NCBI RefSeq assembly: GCF_006345805.1
Contig: NC_043005.1
Span: forward strand, 96,782,001-96,846,000
DNA length: 64,000 nt
DNA from: Octopus sinensis
Taxonomy: Eukaryota
Reading direction: 5' to 3'
The stretch's first letter is position 1; the number at the start of each line of letters is the position of its first letter. The notes under the pieces are model-generated. The model searched no databases and was not told where the DNA came from. It saw only the letters and a program-made list of their open reading frames with translations. The position numbers and the translations under genes are program-made. Shown in pieces: positions 1 through 12,874 of this stretch.

Positions 1-379
1 ACAAGTTACGAACCTTTATAGACTGAGATTTCTTTTTCCAGCTTTAGCCAATCAGAACTCTCCGTTTTCGATATACCGGAAATCGCAATTGCACGTGTTG
101 GCGTTGATTTTATCCTCCCTACCACTATTACCCCCATAACCTACCCACACCGCCTTTACCAGTACTGTCATCACTACCACAACCGTTGTCACCAACATCC
201 CCACCACCACCACCAAAACTACTACCATCATCACTACTAACTTTATTGTTACTGCAAATACCTTTCCAATCGCAATCTGGTAGAAAAACGAGGACATTAC
301 AAAACATCTAAAGATGACAAAAATTTAATAAAAGCTGTTATCAGCTCCATTTTTGATGTTGTTGTCGTCGTTGTCGTTA

Positions 380-780
380 TTGGTGTTGGCGGCGGCGGTG
401 GCAGCGGTGGCTGTGGTGGTGGTGGTGGTGGTGGTGGTGGTAGTGGCGGCGGTTACAGTAAAAGTTGTGGTCGTGATTTTCTTGATTGGGTTGTAGTAGT
501 TGTGGTGATGGTGATGACGACATTGGCTGTTGTTGATATGCTGATGGTGGTGGTGGTGGTCTTAGTGGTGGTAATATTTCTTAGAGTAGTGACGGTGGTC
601 TTCGATGAAATAGTGGAGACATTGGTTGGTGTAATGACGGTGGTGGTGGCGGTTTTGGTGGTGGTGATAGTAGTAGTGATAGTGGTGGTGGTAGTAGTAG
701 TAGTGATAGCAGTGGTGGCGCTAATGACATTATGTGTTGATATTTTACTATTATGGCGAGTGTTAATGATGGTTTAATTA
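380..780. repeat. (GTG/GGT/GTA)n trinucleotide low-complexity tract
   Basis: Degenerate GTG/GTA repeats; explains the poly-Val ORF 502-777 and the Val-rich ORF 52-297. Confidence 0.85.
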
Positions 781-1779
781 GGGAAATTTTGTTGCTATGG
801 AAACATGACAGTTGCGATTTTTAACGATAATGGGAGGTTCTGATTGGCTATAATCAGCAATTTTTTTTAATTTTAAAGGTCCATAACGGCTTTTACATCT
901 AATATTTCAAAGAAATAAACGGATATAATTTTCTTAATTAGCCTGCATTGATGTCCAGGTGACAAAATCAGAGTTTGAAGGGAAGAGAAGTCATTTCCTT
1001 TGATTCCTAGCTAGAAGCAAATAGGAAATAACAGTTACTGGCCAAAGAAAAAGAAAAAATTCATTACACAGTGTAATGTGTGGGAGGAGGGAAGTTGTCC
1101 TCAGTCTGGAGAACTGAACTGAATCCTTGTAATAAAGTGGACCCTGCTGAAATCACCCAAGTTGATGTGATGATGGTGGTGTTAAAGTGAGTGACCAATA
1201 AAGTCTACCATTCAAGAACAGAAAATATCGCTCTGCTGGACTTGGTACAAGTAAGGCTTTGTAAGAGGTAAGAGATATACTTCCCTACGCCCATTGTGTG
1301 TTTTTGTGCGTGTGGTGTGTAGACATCTGTGAATTTTCATTTTTTTAAAATTGAGCAAAATGGTTCAAACGAAAAAGATCCGAGAGAGTATCATCACTAA
1401 TTGATCTTTGGGTACCTTTAACGCAATCTAATCTGATGCCAGCATTCGGGGAACACCTCTGGTTTGAGTATACTCTGTACACTCTATCCCTGCTCAGGCC
1501 ATATCCCCAAACATTCCACCAGATTATATTATTCCTTTGGATGGTGATGCCTAATGCTTGTTGGCCTTAATTTGGCAATTTCTCTAAGGGTCTTGCCATG
1601 CCTCCCATTTGTGTTGGACTATCATTTAGTCTTATGCTGTCAACTCTATTCTACACCTGTGAGTAGAGTTGAGTAGAGTTGAGCATACTGTCAAAATGTA
1701 GTTCTGGGTGCAAATAGTTACTCCACGCTGCTTGTAAGACGAGTCTTTCTATTTTACCGAAAATTTCATGATATTCAGC

Positions 1780-2770
1780 GTTGAGGAGAGGTCAGCGACA
1801 AAATACAGGTGAGAAACATATTTCCCTTGGTAATATTCCAGAGTTCCCTCCAGACAACATTCGCTCAAATTCCTGATCTCACTGCCTGATAGGCAAACAC
1901 TACCACTTTTACACGACAGTTTCTTCTGTCGAATATCGAACCCTGTGGTCTATTGGCACTCGCTTGCCCGTGACATCGACAATCCTCTATCATTTGCCAA
2001 CTACTGATCTCTCCAGCAATCGCTTGGCGATGCCTGTACGCTTTCCATTCCTTCACAGCTTACTGAAGCTTCCACTTCCTGTCACTTTTATGCTCTTGTT
2101 GGTGTGTCTGTTTCTCTCATCAATGTACTGAATCTCTTTAACCTTAATGCCTTTGAATTCTTCAACTACTGATAGAACTGGTACGCAGAGCTTAAATATC
2201 TCGTAGTGCAGCTTGATCGAGCTGATAAAGGAGGGAACGCCTAGCCACCTTTGTACGAACTTACAGCACACTCACTATTTTGACTCCCCCTGCATCAGTG
2301 CAAAGTCATAAAGAAAGAATGGCCGTTGTAGTTTGGACATGATGCCATACTGGAAGCACCTTTCCATAAATCTTCCAAGTAGTCGACTTTTGTCAACTGT
2401 CCTAAATCAGAGTTTATTTGCGTTTCAGTGTCTTTGCCGTTGTCTTTCAGGGTGTTGTTATAATTCTTTCCAAGGTATTGGATTGGATTCTTTTTCCCGA
2501 ATTGTTGAAATCACAGACTCTTGATTACCGAAGATATTATTTCTCAATTATCCTTTCTCTGTTGAATTTTCAGGGAGCTTAAAGTCAAACGCGTTTTTGA
2601 ATGCTAGATTGCTTTCCTTTCATTCCTGGTAGAAGATTTACGACAGCCACAACAGCAAAACGGATATTGTATACCTCGCCAAATACCATTTTCAAGTCTC
2701 TGCCACTTGATGGCAAAATCTTCCACAGTAAGCTCCATCTTCAACGAGTCCGTCTGCGAAATCACAAGCT
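1780..2770 (-). mobile_element. Degenerate RLE-type non-LTR retrotransposon fragment (HERO/NeSL-like, post-RT region)
   Basis: Minus-strand translation across stops gives TVDKSRLLGRFMERCFQYGIMSKLQRPFFLYDF and KFVQRWLGVPSFISSIKLHYEIFKLCVPVLSVVEEFKGIK. These resemble the IDKSGLPGKFKAWCYQHG...RRWLGVP.S.SS..L....KL..P..S.VEEFK motifs of RLE-type LINEs. Clade assigned from motif memory only. Confidence 0.55.
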
Positions 2771-3409
2771 TAATACCTGTGCCTGTGTGTGTGCATGTGT
2801 GTGTGTGTGCGTGCGTGCGGGCGTATGTGTGTGTATGTATATACACACATACTTATACACACTCATACATTTATCTCCCCCTTCTCACTCTGTAGGAATA
2901 TAAGTACACACACACACACACACACACACACGTATATATATTGAAAAAATGTGTTGCTTGTATAAGCATATATACATTTATACAGGCGTGTGTGAGTAAG
3001 CGTGTGCGTTTGCATGTGTATGCGAGAGTGCACGCATATGTGTGCTTTAGTGTGTACATACACTTATACGCATAACTATACATATAGTTAGACGGTAGGT
3101 TACGAAGTTTAGTATGATAAATATGTTAGATTCGCTTCCGTCAAAGCAATGGAGTTGTTTCAATTATAAATATAATTAATCAATAAATAATGTTTCCAAT
3201 GAGTTGTCGCCGAATGTCATCACAATTCTGTTTTGTTTTGTTTTTCGTTTTGGTTACCATGAAAACAAATACACTTACGCATGCGCATAGATAGTTATAG
3301 AATATCATAGAAATGTCAGTATGAAACATTTTATTACTACGCTAAAGTACAGGTAACTGAATACGGAAAGGGATAAAAACCCTCGAACGTTATGCATATG
3401 CAAATACAA

Positions 3410-3440
<31 letters not shown>

Positions 3441-4197
3441 CGATCGCATACACACAGGTGTGTGTGTGTGTATCTATGCCAATACACATATTCATATAGG
3501 TGTGCATTAGTATAGATACACACATTCACGCATTCACACATTCACATATGTGTGTGTGCATATGTATATGTGTATGTATGTGTAACCATTTGCACGTATG
3601 TATTCTGTATATTCATGTGTTTGTGTTTCCGTGTTTGTGTGTTTTTATGTATGTGTGTGTGCACCTCTATCTCCTTATGTGTGCATGTCTGAGTGTGTGC
3701 GTGAGCGTGTGTTTGCTTTGCAACTATGAACTGTGTTTGTATGTATGGATGTATATCTCCATAAGTGTGGACGTGTGTCTCCATATGTGTCCTTGTGTAA
3801 AGTTGGTGTGTGTATACATGGTCATGTGATTCAGTCTTCATTTGTGTATGTGTGCCTATGTGTGCTTGTCTGTTCATATAACCTATGTACCTATCCTGTT
3901 TACTTTCATATCGATATGCTTACATACATGTGCATATTCATATATACATACCCATGTACACACACATATACGCATCTATCTACATAACAGCCCACTAACT
4001 TTTCTACTCTACCTATGTAAACTGCGGGTATGGAGGTATGATATCTACTATGCATATTTCCTGTTTAGTATTGGGGAACTTTCATTTATGAGGACGTATT
4101 CCTGTATTTGTCTGAGTGTTGGGTCCTTTGGGAGCTTGGATAAGATGCGGATGCCAAGTTGACTGAAGTTGCCTCTATGTTAGTCCTTGGCATGTTG

Positions 4198-4625
4198 TTA
4201 GAGTATAAAGGACTGTTTTTTGTCGTCATATTGTCTCAGATGTCCATTTAGTCGTTCCGCAATGCTCCGAGATGTCTCCCCTTTGTACGTCATGCTCATG
4301 TCTTTACAAGCACCTTCTATGTATATTATGCTGTAAACTTCATTTCTAGTTCTATAGCTAATGTCAGGGTTAATCCTACATATCATGCAGTTATCATTGG
4401 TGCATATGGTATTCTTAAAGGGGTAAGGCCTACATAGTTGTGATCCGATGGAGTTCCCTGGAGTTTCAACAATCTTAATGTTGAGTTTGGTCTCTTTCAC
4501 AGCTTTTTAAGTCTACAGGCTAGTTCTCCATGGCCTGTGGCCTCTACAAACATCACTCCTTGATATTTGTCGGTTTTATACAACGTGCTCGCCCTGTTTG
4601 CTTTGTCACAAGTTCTTTGTATTTT
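4198..4625 (-). mobile_element. Penelope-like element 3' fragment (linker plus GIY-YIG endonuclease)
   Basis: ORFs 4497-4745 and 4198-4500 read YQGVMFVEATGHGELA..KLNIKIVETPGNSIGSQLCRPYPF..CTNDNCMIC..VYSI..YKGETSRSIAERLNGH, i.e. a Cys/His linker followed by the GIY-YIG YxGETxRSxxERxxxH motif. Confidence 0.75.
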
Positions 4626-5052
4626 ATTCCAGTCTTTGTTTCTATATCTAGGGTAAGTACTACTGGCATCATTACATATAATGTTATACAAACATACATA
4701 TATATGTATGTAGATATATGTATATATGTAAACACACACACACATACGGACAGAAAGAGAGAAATTACCTGAGTAGTTAAGATATTGACATTCTTATACT
4801 GATTCGTTTTAACTCTCATAAACACTCATACGTAATCACGTGCGCACACGTGACGCAAATACAAATCAACATACATGCATACTGGGAGCCAGAAGGGCAG
4901 TTTTGTAATTGCCATCATACAAATAAAGATATTTATACTCCATCAGATGTTATTAAGTACCTTGCTTTAAAATGTTGGCCCGCCTAGTATGTTAACGGAT
5001 CTGAACTTAAATTTGTGTCTGTATTTGTGTCTGCGTACGTAAGCGTATGTGA

Positions 5053-5091
<39 letters not shown>

Positions 5092-5404
5092 TGCGTGCGT
5101 GCGTGCCTCTGTGTTTGTGTGTGTTTGTGTGAGTGTGTGTGTATGTTGCCCTGGGTATGACTTTAAACTGCATTCGGTACTGCGTTCCTGGTTCAGGAGT
5201 TCCAGGTTTTGAGGAATGTAGAACCACCGCTTTGCAATTATTGTTCCCAGCTCTACTCAGATCCAGAGTAATAGCACTTACCATAGTCGCCATCTGGGCT
5301 GGGTGTGCATGTTGATCTCGAAGCAACACAGACTTAAATAAATCTCGAAACAACAGAGACATAAATAATAGTGCACCTGTCCAAAAATCATGTCTGTCGT
5401 GTTT

Positions 5405-6245
5405 GCAGAAGATGTGGACTACAGACAAAGACGAAGGTGAAAGAAGACTCAGTATGCGATTTCCTGTTCACAAGTGACTGCGCACTCAATGCTGCTACAA
5501 AGGTCCAGATGCAGTAGAGCTTTTCCACTGCTTGCAACAATTTCGGCATCAAAATCACTACTCAGAAGTGTACCAATCTGCCCGTCAGAAGTCGTGTGCA
5601 GAACCCTCTATCACTGTCGAAGGGTAAATGCTGAAGGCTGTTGATAAGTACCATGTTCCTCGTCAGCACACTCTCCAGATCTGTAAACATTGACGATGAG
5701 GTCGACACACGCATCGCCAAGGATAGTTCAGCATCTGTGCAGCTACGTGAATCGGTGTGGGAGAGGAGAGGTATTAGGCTGGATACCAAGATGACGGTGT
5801 AGCAAACAGTTATACTGCCAACTCTACTCTACACATCCTCAAGAACTACCCGTTGAAAATAACCTGGCAAGAATGGTTTCAGACACGGACTGATCTGCCA
5901 AGCGTCTACGCCCTGCCCAAGTCCTACAGACTTTTCTAGAGAGAACAAGCAGAAGGCAAGATCACGTAATATAGACAGAAAAAGCGCTTCAAGGACAAAC
6001 TCAAATCTTCGTTGAAGAACTTTTAGACCAGCTCCGACATCTCAAAAACGACAAGCGCAAGATTGCCCTGTATGACGAAGCTGCACCAACAGAGTTGCCA
6101 CTCCTACAAGCAGAATAGCGGTGGCACAAAGGAAACGTGAACAGCTCCTTGTCTTGTTTTCAGTCCTTCGCAGACCACGAGTGCCCGACCTTCGCAGAGC
6201 GTTCCGTGCACATATGGAACTGATCGGCCTCAACTGCAAATATCA
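5405..6245 (+). mobile_element. RTE (BovB-like) LINE 3' remnant
   Basis: Interrupted translation LF..DCALNAAT..QMQ..FSTACNNFGI..TLSRSVNIDDEVDTRIAKDSSA..LRESVWERRGIRLDTK.., ending with a CPT..RAFRAH zinc-finger-like tail typical of RTE ORF ends. Confidence 0.8.
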
Positions 6246-6272
6246 CGCCTCGACTTCTTCTGGTATGTGAAG

Positions 6273-6404
<132 letters not shown>

Positions 6405-6640
6405 TAATATAATAGAAATATTAAAATAACTAAGTCTCTCTAAAAGAGAACAGCGGCAGCGTTCCCGGAAAATAATAGTTATCGCCATACTAATATGGCA
6501 TTCTTATAAAAATAAGAAAAAAGCTGTCCGCTTATTAGCTCCATGAGGCCATCGCCTTAAGTTAGCTATTTGATACACAAACTGTATCCATATAACCTTC
6601 GAGCAAGGGAGGTCAGTCGCTCCACACTACTTGACCGGCA

Positions 6641-6682
6641 GCTACAGACGCGTTTCGGGGTATTGCCCCTTTTCAATGCAGC
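6641..6682 (-). ncRNA. Minimal type I hammerhead ribozyme, U3:A8 core variant
   Basis: RNA GCUGCA-UUGAAAA-GGGG CAAUA CCCC-GAAA-CGC-GUC/UGUAGC: 6-bp stem I, 4-bp stem II, palindromic ACGCGU stem III, GUC cleavage triplet. Confidence 0.75.
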
Positions 6683-7119
6683 GTAGCCAGCCAGTAGGTG
6701 TCGCTTCCGACAATCTCTGTTCGATGGTTTTATTTACCTAGTTTCGGTGGAATACATCCACTTGTTTTCAATAATAGAAATATTAAAATAACTAAGTCTC
6801 TCTAAAAGGGAACAGCGGCAGCGTTCTCGGAAAATAATAGTTATCGCCATACTAATATGGCATTCATATAAAATAGCTAACTTAAGGCGATGGCCTCATG
6901 GAGCTAATAAGCGGACAGCTTTTTTCTTATTTTTATAAGAATGCCATATTAGTATGGCGATAACTATTATTTTCCGGGAACGTGCCGCTGTTCTCTTTTA
7001 GAGAGACTTAGTTATTTTAATATTTCTATTATTGAAAACAAGTGGATGTATTCCACCGAAACTAGGTAAATAAACCCATCGAACAGAGATTGTCGGAAGC
7101 GACACCTACTGGCTGCTAC

Positions 7120-7161
7120 GCTGCATTGAAAAAGGGCAATACCCCGAAACGCGTCTGTAGC
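7120..7161 (+). ncRNA. Second copy of the U3:A8 minimal hammerhead (G10.1 to A substitution)
   Basis: GCUGCA-UUGAAAA-AGGG CAAUA CCCC-GAAA-CGCGUC/UGUAGC; inverted copy of 6641-6682 with one change in stem II. Confidence 0.6.
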
Positions 7162-7328
7162 TGCCGGTCAAGTAGTGTGGAGCGACTGACCTCCCTTGTT
7201 CGAAGGTTATATGGATACAGTTTGTGTATCAAATAGCTAACTTAAGGCGATGGCCTCATGGAGCTAATAAGCGGACAGCTTTTTCTTATTTTTATAAGAA
7301 TGCATATTAGTATGGCGATGATAACTAT

Positions 7329-7410
<82 letters not shown>

Positions 7411-7415
7411 GTATG

Positions 7416-7449
<34 letters not shown>

Positions 7450-7481
7450 TGTATGTATGTATGTATGTATGTATGTGTAGT

Positions 7482-7830
7482 GGAGGCGCAGTGGCCCAGT
7501 GGTTAGGGCAGCACTCGCGGTTGTAGGATCGCGGTTTCGATTCCTAGACCGGGCGTTGTGAGTGTTTATTGAGTAAAAACATTTAAAGCTCCACGAGGCT
7601 CTGGTACTGGGGTGTTGGCGAACCCCGCTGTACTCTTTCACCACACTTTCACTCTTTCTTCCTGTTTCTGTTGTACCTGTATTTCAAAGGGCCAGCCTTG
7701 TCACACGCTGTGTCACGCTGAATCTCCTTGAGAACTACGTGGAGTGCACAGCCACTTGCACGTTAAATTCACGAGCAGGCTGTTCCGTTGATCGTATTCA
7801 CTGAGACCGTCGTCGTCGTAACCGACGAAG
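7482..7830 (+). mobile_element. tRNA-derived SINE (family 1 head, distinct tail)
   Basis: A box TGGCCCAGTGG and B box GTTTCGATTCC; the same head occurs at 9850, 13404 and 42956. Confidence 0.8.
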
Positions 7831-7906
7831 TGCTACGATATGTATATTACACCACACACACACATATATATATACATATATGTATAATGTACATACATAC
7901 ATACAG

Positions 7907-7949
<43 letters not shown>

Positions 7950-8226
7950 ATATACATACATACACACACACACACACATATATATCTATATATGTATAGA
8001 TATATATATATATATATTTATAAATTAATAATAAATTTAAAATAAAAAAAAATAATTTTACCTTTGCCCATGTAATACAATAAATGAATTAATTGCATCG
8101 CAATTCTTAACATTTATGTATTAACTTTGTTGGGTAATTCACTAGCAGTATATTGGATATATGTTATCCCATGGAGGGTTGCATTTACAACCCCTATCTC
8201 AATTTGTATATATATATATATATATA

Positions 8227-8719
8227 CTAGCAGTATCGCCCGGCGTTGCTCGGGTTTGTAAGGGAAATAACTATATAAGCATTTTTAGAGAGTTACTTCC
8301 TTTATAAATTCGGGCTTTCTTAGCCATTTTTGTTTTGGTGTCTTCAAGCCATGAAGTCGTTGTTCTAAAAGAACGCTGGTCTCCTTCACAACGCATTACG
8401 ACGTTGATTTTTTTACACTCCCTTCCCCACAGCTTCACGAGGGAGGAAAGGGGGAGAAGCAAACAGGTGCAGCTGTGAGCGTGGACGCCAACTCCGCCGC
8501 CATCGACACACGATGCATTTTATGCATTAAAATGGAATAAAAAATGATGTGTTAAATATTTTTAAAATCGTAGACTCATCGTTGACGCGCGCTAATAGTC
8601 AGACGGGCTCGATATTAATCACGACTATAAGATACCCGAATTTGGTTAAACTGCACCGCAAAATGTGGGAGGAGTTAGGAATGTAAATCGAAGGGGACAG
8701 ACACTCACCACAACTAGAG

Positions 8720-8725
<6 letters not shown>
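8227..8725 (-). mobile_element. Non-autonomous Helitron-like element
   Basis: 3' end is a hairpin (CCCGAGCAACGCCGGG) followed by CTAG then T; body shared with 36700-37336 and 45203-46110. Confidence 0.75.
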
Positions 8726-8787
<62 letters not shown>

Positions 8788-9849
8788 GTGTGTAAGTACA
8801 TGCACATACGTATGTATATATATAATGCATGTGCATTTATGTTTAAATATGTGCTGGGAGTTGTATACTCACACGCAGAAGTGTGCTCTAACATAGACGG
8901 TACCATTTTTAATCTAAGTACCGAGAGTGCATAACAACTAAACATATTCTCTGCTATTGTTTTATGCCTATCAGAACAAGTGAACGTCATGAAGCAGTTA
9001 ACATTCGATATTTTTGTGAACGTGATACATTTCAGTTCTATTCTCATTTGTTTAATTTACATATGAATTCCTACCTAACCCCGACCTGCTAAATCGTTGC
9101 TCACTTTCAGTGCTTCGATGTCTCGCTGAGCTGAACTAAAATTATATCGCGAAGATTCACGTGTGCCTACCAGTCACATTGTTCCTGGTATATATAAATA
9201 TATATGTGTGTGTGTGTAAGTGTGTGTATGTGTGTGTATGCGAGCGCACATGCGCGTGTGAGTGAAGAGGATTCATTAATTCTTATCTATCACTATAGAC
9301 CGCCCTGAAGTTTCGTTCATCATTTTTCTGTGCTATTATTTCTCAATGATATATTAATAGACTCCTTGGTGGTTTATAATAATGAATATTACGCGATTTT
9401 TATTTCTCTTTTTGACAATCTTGTACAAATATATATTTGCCTATGATGGCACAGAAATCACTTATTATTAATCACTACCACTACCACCACCAATGTCGTA
9501 ATGATGATGATGATGATGATCATCATCATCATCATATTATTATTATCGTTATCATCATCATCATTATTATTATTACCATTATGTTTGTTAAATTTCAGAT
9601 CTGTCAGATCATTAAAACGTTATTTACACACGCATATGTGTGTGTATGTATGTACATATATATATTTCTATATATATACACGCACACACAATTTATATGC
9701 ATGCATATATATATATATATATATATATATGTTTCTATATATATATATATATTATATATAATATATATATATATATATACTATATATATAAAAATAATAT
9801 ATCATATATATATATATATTATATATATATATATATATATACATGCATG

Positions 9850-9926
9850 TGAAGCGCAATGGCCCAGTGGCCAGTGTTAGGACAGCGGACTCGCGGTTGT
9901 AGGATCGCGGTTTCGATTCCCAGACC
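9850..9926 (+). mobile_element. Truncated SINE family 1 head
   Basis: Matches the 7482 head up to CCCAGACCG. Confidence 0.7.
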
Positions 9927-10645
9927 GATTCATTCGACTCTAAAATTCTTCAAGTCGCTACCTTACGATGACTGGAACAAGTCAACGAATGTGTCTATAT
10001 ACATGTATAATATGTGTGTGTGTGTTGTGTGTGGTGTGTGTATTAAAGAAAACGTATATATGAGTATCTATATGAAAGGAAATATATATATATACATACA
10101 TATATATATTATATATGTATAATATATATATATATACATATATATATATAATATATATATATACATATATATACATATACATATATATATATACACATAT
10201 ACATATATATATATATATAAAATTATATATATTATATATTTATATATATATATTATATATATATATATGTATAATATATATAGACACACGTACATACATA
10301 CATATTACATGCATATGTACAGTAGTATGTGTACATTCTATAATCAATTCTTCCTCCTGTATCTCCCTCAGCTTATCATCTTATTTTTCCGTCATATTTT
10401 ATGGACATTCTGTAAACAACTCCCGAAAAAAATGTACTCACCATATCAACCTAAAACCTAATAAAACATTGCACTTTACACTTTTCCTGTTCGCATTCAC
10501 TATGTTCTCTCCCCTTCTTCCATTCACATATATCAGTCATAAATAGTTTTATATCACAAGATATTACTAACCTTTAGTTTTCAATTAATTGGTTTTCTTT
10601 CTTCTATTATATATATATATACGCGTACAAATATAAATGTGTGTG

Positions 10646-10696
<51 letters not shown>

Positions 10697-10939
10697 GTGT
10701 AATAATAAAAATATGCATACATATATACATTTAACATACCGACATCTACATTGTAACACCTTCGTGACATCACCTTGCGAACGACCACCGGTCTCACGCC
10801 ATTTCCGCTCCACCGGTCACTCCTTGCAACACCTATCTGGTTCGGTTTGTCCTTACACAGAGGCCATCAGGATCCCGTTTGCGCCGCGTGAACAGGAATT
10901 AATCTTCTCTCTCGCTTTATACGCCATTTGGTCTCAACT

Positions 10940-11240
10940 CTCCCCCCCCCCCCTCCTCATCTAACCCCCTCTCCCCCTCTCACTATCCTTTCCCCCCGAC
11001 CCCTACTTCTTCAGTCCTTCATCTTTTCACCCCTACTCCCCTTCCCTTCTTCCCTCTTCTCCCTCCCTCCTTCCTATTCCCCTTCCTCTGCTCCCTCACT
11101 CCCTCTCTCCCCTTCTACCTCTTTACTCCTTCCTCCCCTCCTCCCCTTCCTTCTCCCCTCCCTTCCTCTTCCCCCCTCTCCTCCCCCTCTTCTTCCCCTC
11201 CCCTTCTCCCCCCTCTTCTTCCCCTCCCCTCTTCTCCTCA
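10940..11240. repeat. Polypyrimidine/polypurine (C/T) tract
   Basis: About 300 bp almost entirely C and T on the + strand. Confidence 0.9.
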
Positions 11241-11299
11241 CTACACCACACGACTTTACACATCAACATCATATATGATGTGCCATACTAATACATTAC

Positions 11300-11620
11300 A
11301 CCAACTAATACATACAATACGTACTAATACATACTAATACATACTAATCACATACACCAACCCTATACATACACACGTCCAGACCCCGCATACGCACTTA
11401 TACTCTCTCATACACACACACACACACTATACATACTAATACGTACTAATAATACTAATACATACTAATACATACACCAACCCCATACATATGCAAGTCC
11501 AGACCAATCCTACGCACTAATACTCTCCTCATACACACACACACACCACACCCCCTTATACATACTAATACATACACCAACCCTATACATACACACATCC
11601 AGACCCCTCCTACGCACTAT
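11300..11620. repeat. Degenerate minisatellite (CATACTAATACATACACCAACCCTATACAT...CCAGACC units)
   Basis: Three related copies near 11340, 11460 and 11560. Confidence 0.7.
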
Positions 11621-11802
11621 TAGCTGGTCATTCAACCCTATTATCAACCCTATTATCAACCCTATTATCTCCCCTTATTTCGCTCTCGCGTCTCATGTTG
11701 ATCTTTGACCTCTGGCCGAAATCAGATCGCCATGTTGATTCGTTAGCTACTGCACGCATTTTTTCTCTCCTTCTTTCTGTGTTTTTTTTCTCTCTGTGTA
11801 TC

Positions 11803-11839
11803 TCTTTCTGTTGAAGAGCGTAGCTCGAAACGTTAAAGA
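11803..11839 (+). ncRNA. Degenerate minimal hammerhead (A6 to U)
   Basis: UCUUU-CUGUUGA-A-GAGC GUA GCUC-GAAA-CGUU/AAAGA; all stems intact, one core change. Confidence 0.45.
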
Positions 11840-12290
11840 CTTGTTTTATTTATATTCCTGAGCGCCATACTAATACAATTGTTCGTTTGTTTTCCACTGC
11901 TTCGTCTTTTGTCTATTTCATAAAGCTTCCCGTCATATATAAATATATATACGTACAGGACACCAAAGAAGAGTAAAAACGTAAAAAATCACAGAAACGA
12001 AAAAGGAAAAAGCCATTTTTTTACAACAGAAGGACAGAGACGTGGAACAAGTTGAAAACGAAAACGGGAAAAAAAGAAAAAACATTATGTACAGCAGAAA
12101 AACGAAGTACAGGACATGTTGCACAAGGAAAAATCCCCTTCATCAGCTGGCTAGCAGACATAGCGTGTTTCGAAGGCAAGACAGGACACGTCTGTATGCT
12201 AGGCCTTCCGTCTGAATTTTCGATTTTCGAATTTTCACTTCGTTCGTCTCTTTCCTCCCAGTTTGTTTTACAGTTTATATATATTATATA

Positions 12291-12328
<38 letters not shown>

Positions 12329-12495
12329 AATGATAACGTTAGTAACAAGTTGCTTAACCACATACCGAAAATTTTAGAAATAGCAGCACAAAAGACCGTT
12401 ATTTCCTTTCGCTAAAAATATGCCTCCACAAATAACACTATCTGTAACTCACACAGGCAAAAAAGAAAGAAAATAATAAAATCACACAATCTTCG

Positions 12496-12557
<62 letters not shown>

Positions 12558-12716
12558 GTATTTTGCCATCTCAATATGGCTAACCACTAAGGGTGGGTGT
12601 TACTGTAGCTTGTAGCCCCAGAAGAACATCTCCTCCAGCTGGCTATCCGCACTCTTTCTGTGACCTATCGGTATTTGCAAAGGGAGGTCATCCTTCCCTC
12701 GTCAACCTAAGTGATA

Positions 12717-12761
12717 CGCACGGACTGCAGTTTCTGGGTCTTGACCCGTCATCAGCGTACG
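12717..12761 (-). ncRNA. Minimal type I hammerhead ribozyme
   Basis: CGUACG-CUGAUGA-C GGGU CAAG ACCC A-GAAA-CUGCA-GUC/CGUGCG: canonical core, palindromic ACUGCAGU stem III, GUC site, C10.1-A11.1 mismatch. Confidence 0.7.
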
Positions 12762-12831
12762 ACAATCACCGGTTTTCGATGAAAGGAGTTCCAAATGCAA
12801 ATAATAATATCCTTTTTCCAGTAACTTTTCG

Positions 12832-12874
<43 letters not shown>

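Larger units (their letters stand above)
6411..7325. repeat. Retrozyme/Penelope pLTR-like ~360-nt monomer: partial tandem copy followed by an inverted partial tandem copy
   Basis: 6411-6505 recurs at 6773-6868 (period 362). 6871-7325 is the reverse complement of the same monomer (period 360). The locus is flanked by (TA)n and has one hammerhead per arm. Confidence 0.8.

Noticed and set aside
7482-7560. tRNA gene-like A/B boxes (also at 13404, 32694 and 42956)
   Set aside because: No full cloverleaf, and they continue into shared SINE bodies.
8989-9066. Signal-peptide-like short ORF MKQLTFDIFVNVIHFSSILICLIYI
   Set aside because: Ends in a stop with no phase-1 splice donor.
12108-12152. Minus-strand CTGATGA-A-GGGG..TCCT..GCAACATGTC
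   Set aside because: GAAA is replaced by GCAA with extra bases and stem I is only 3 bp; too degenerate to call.
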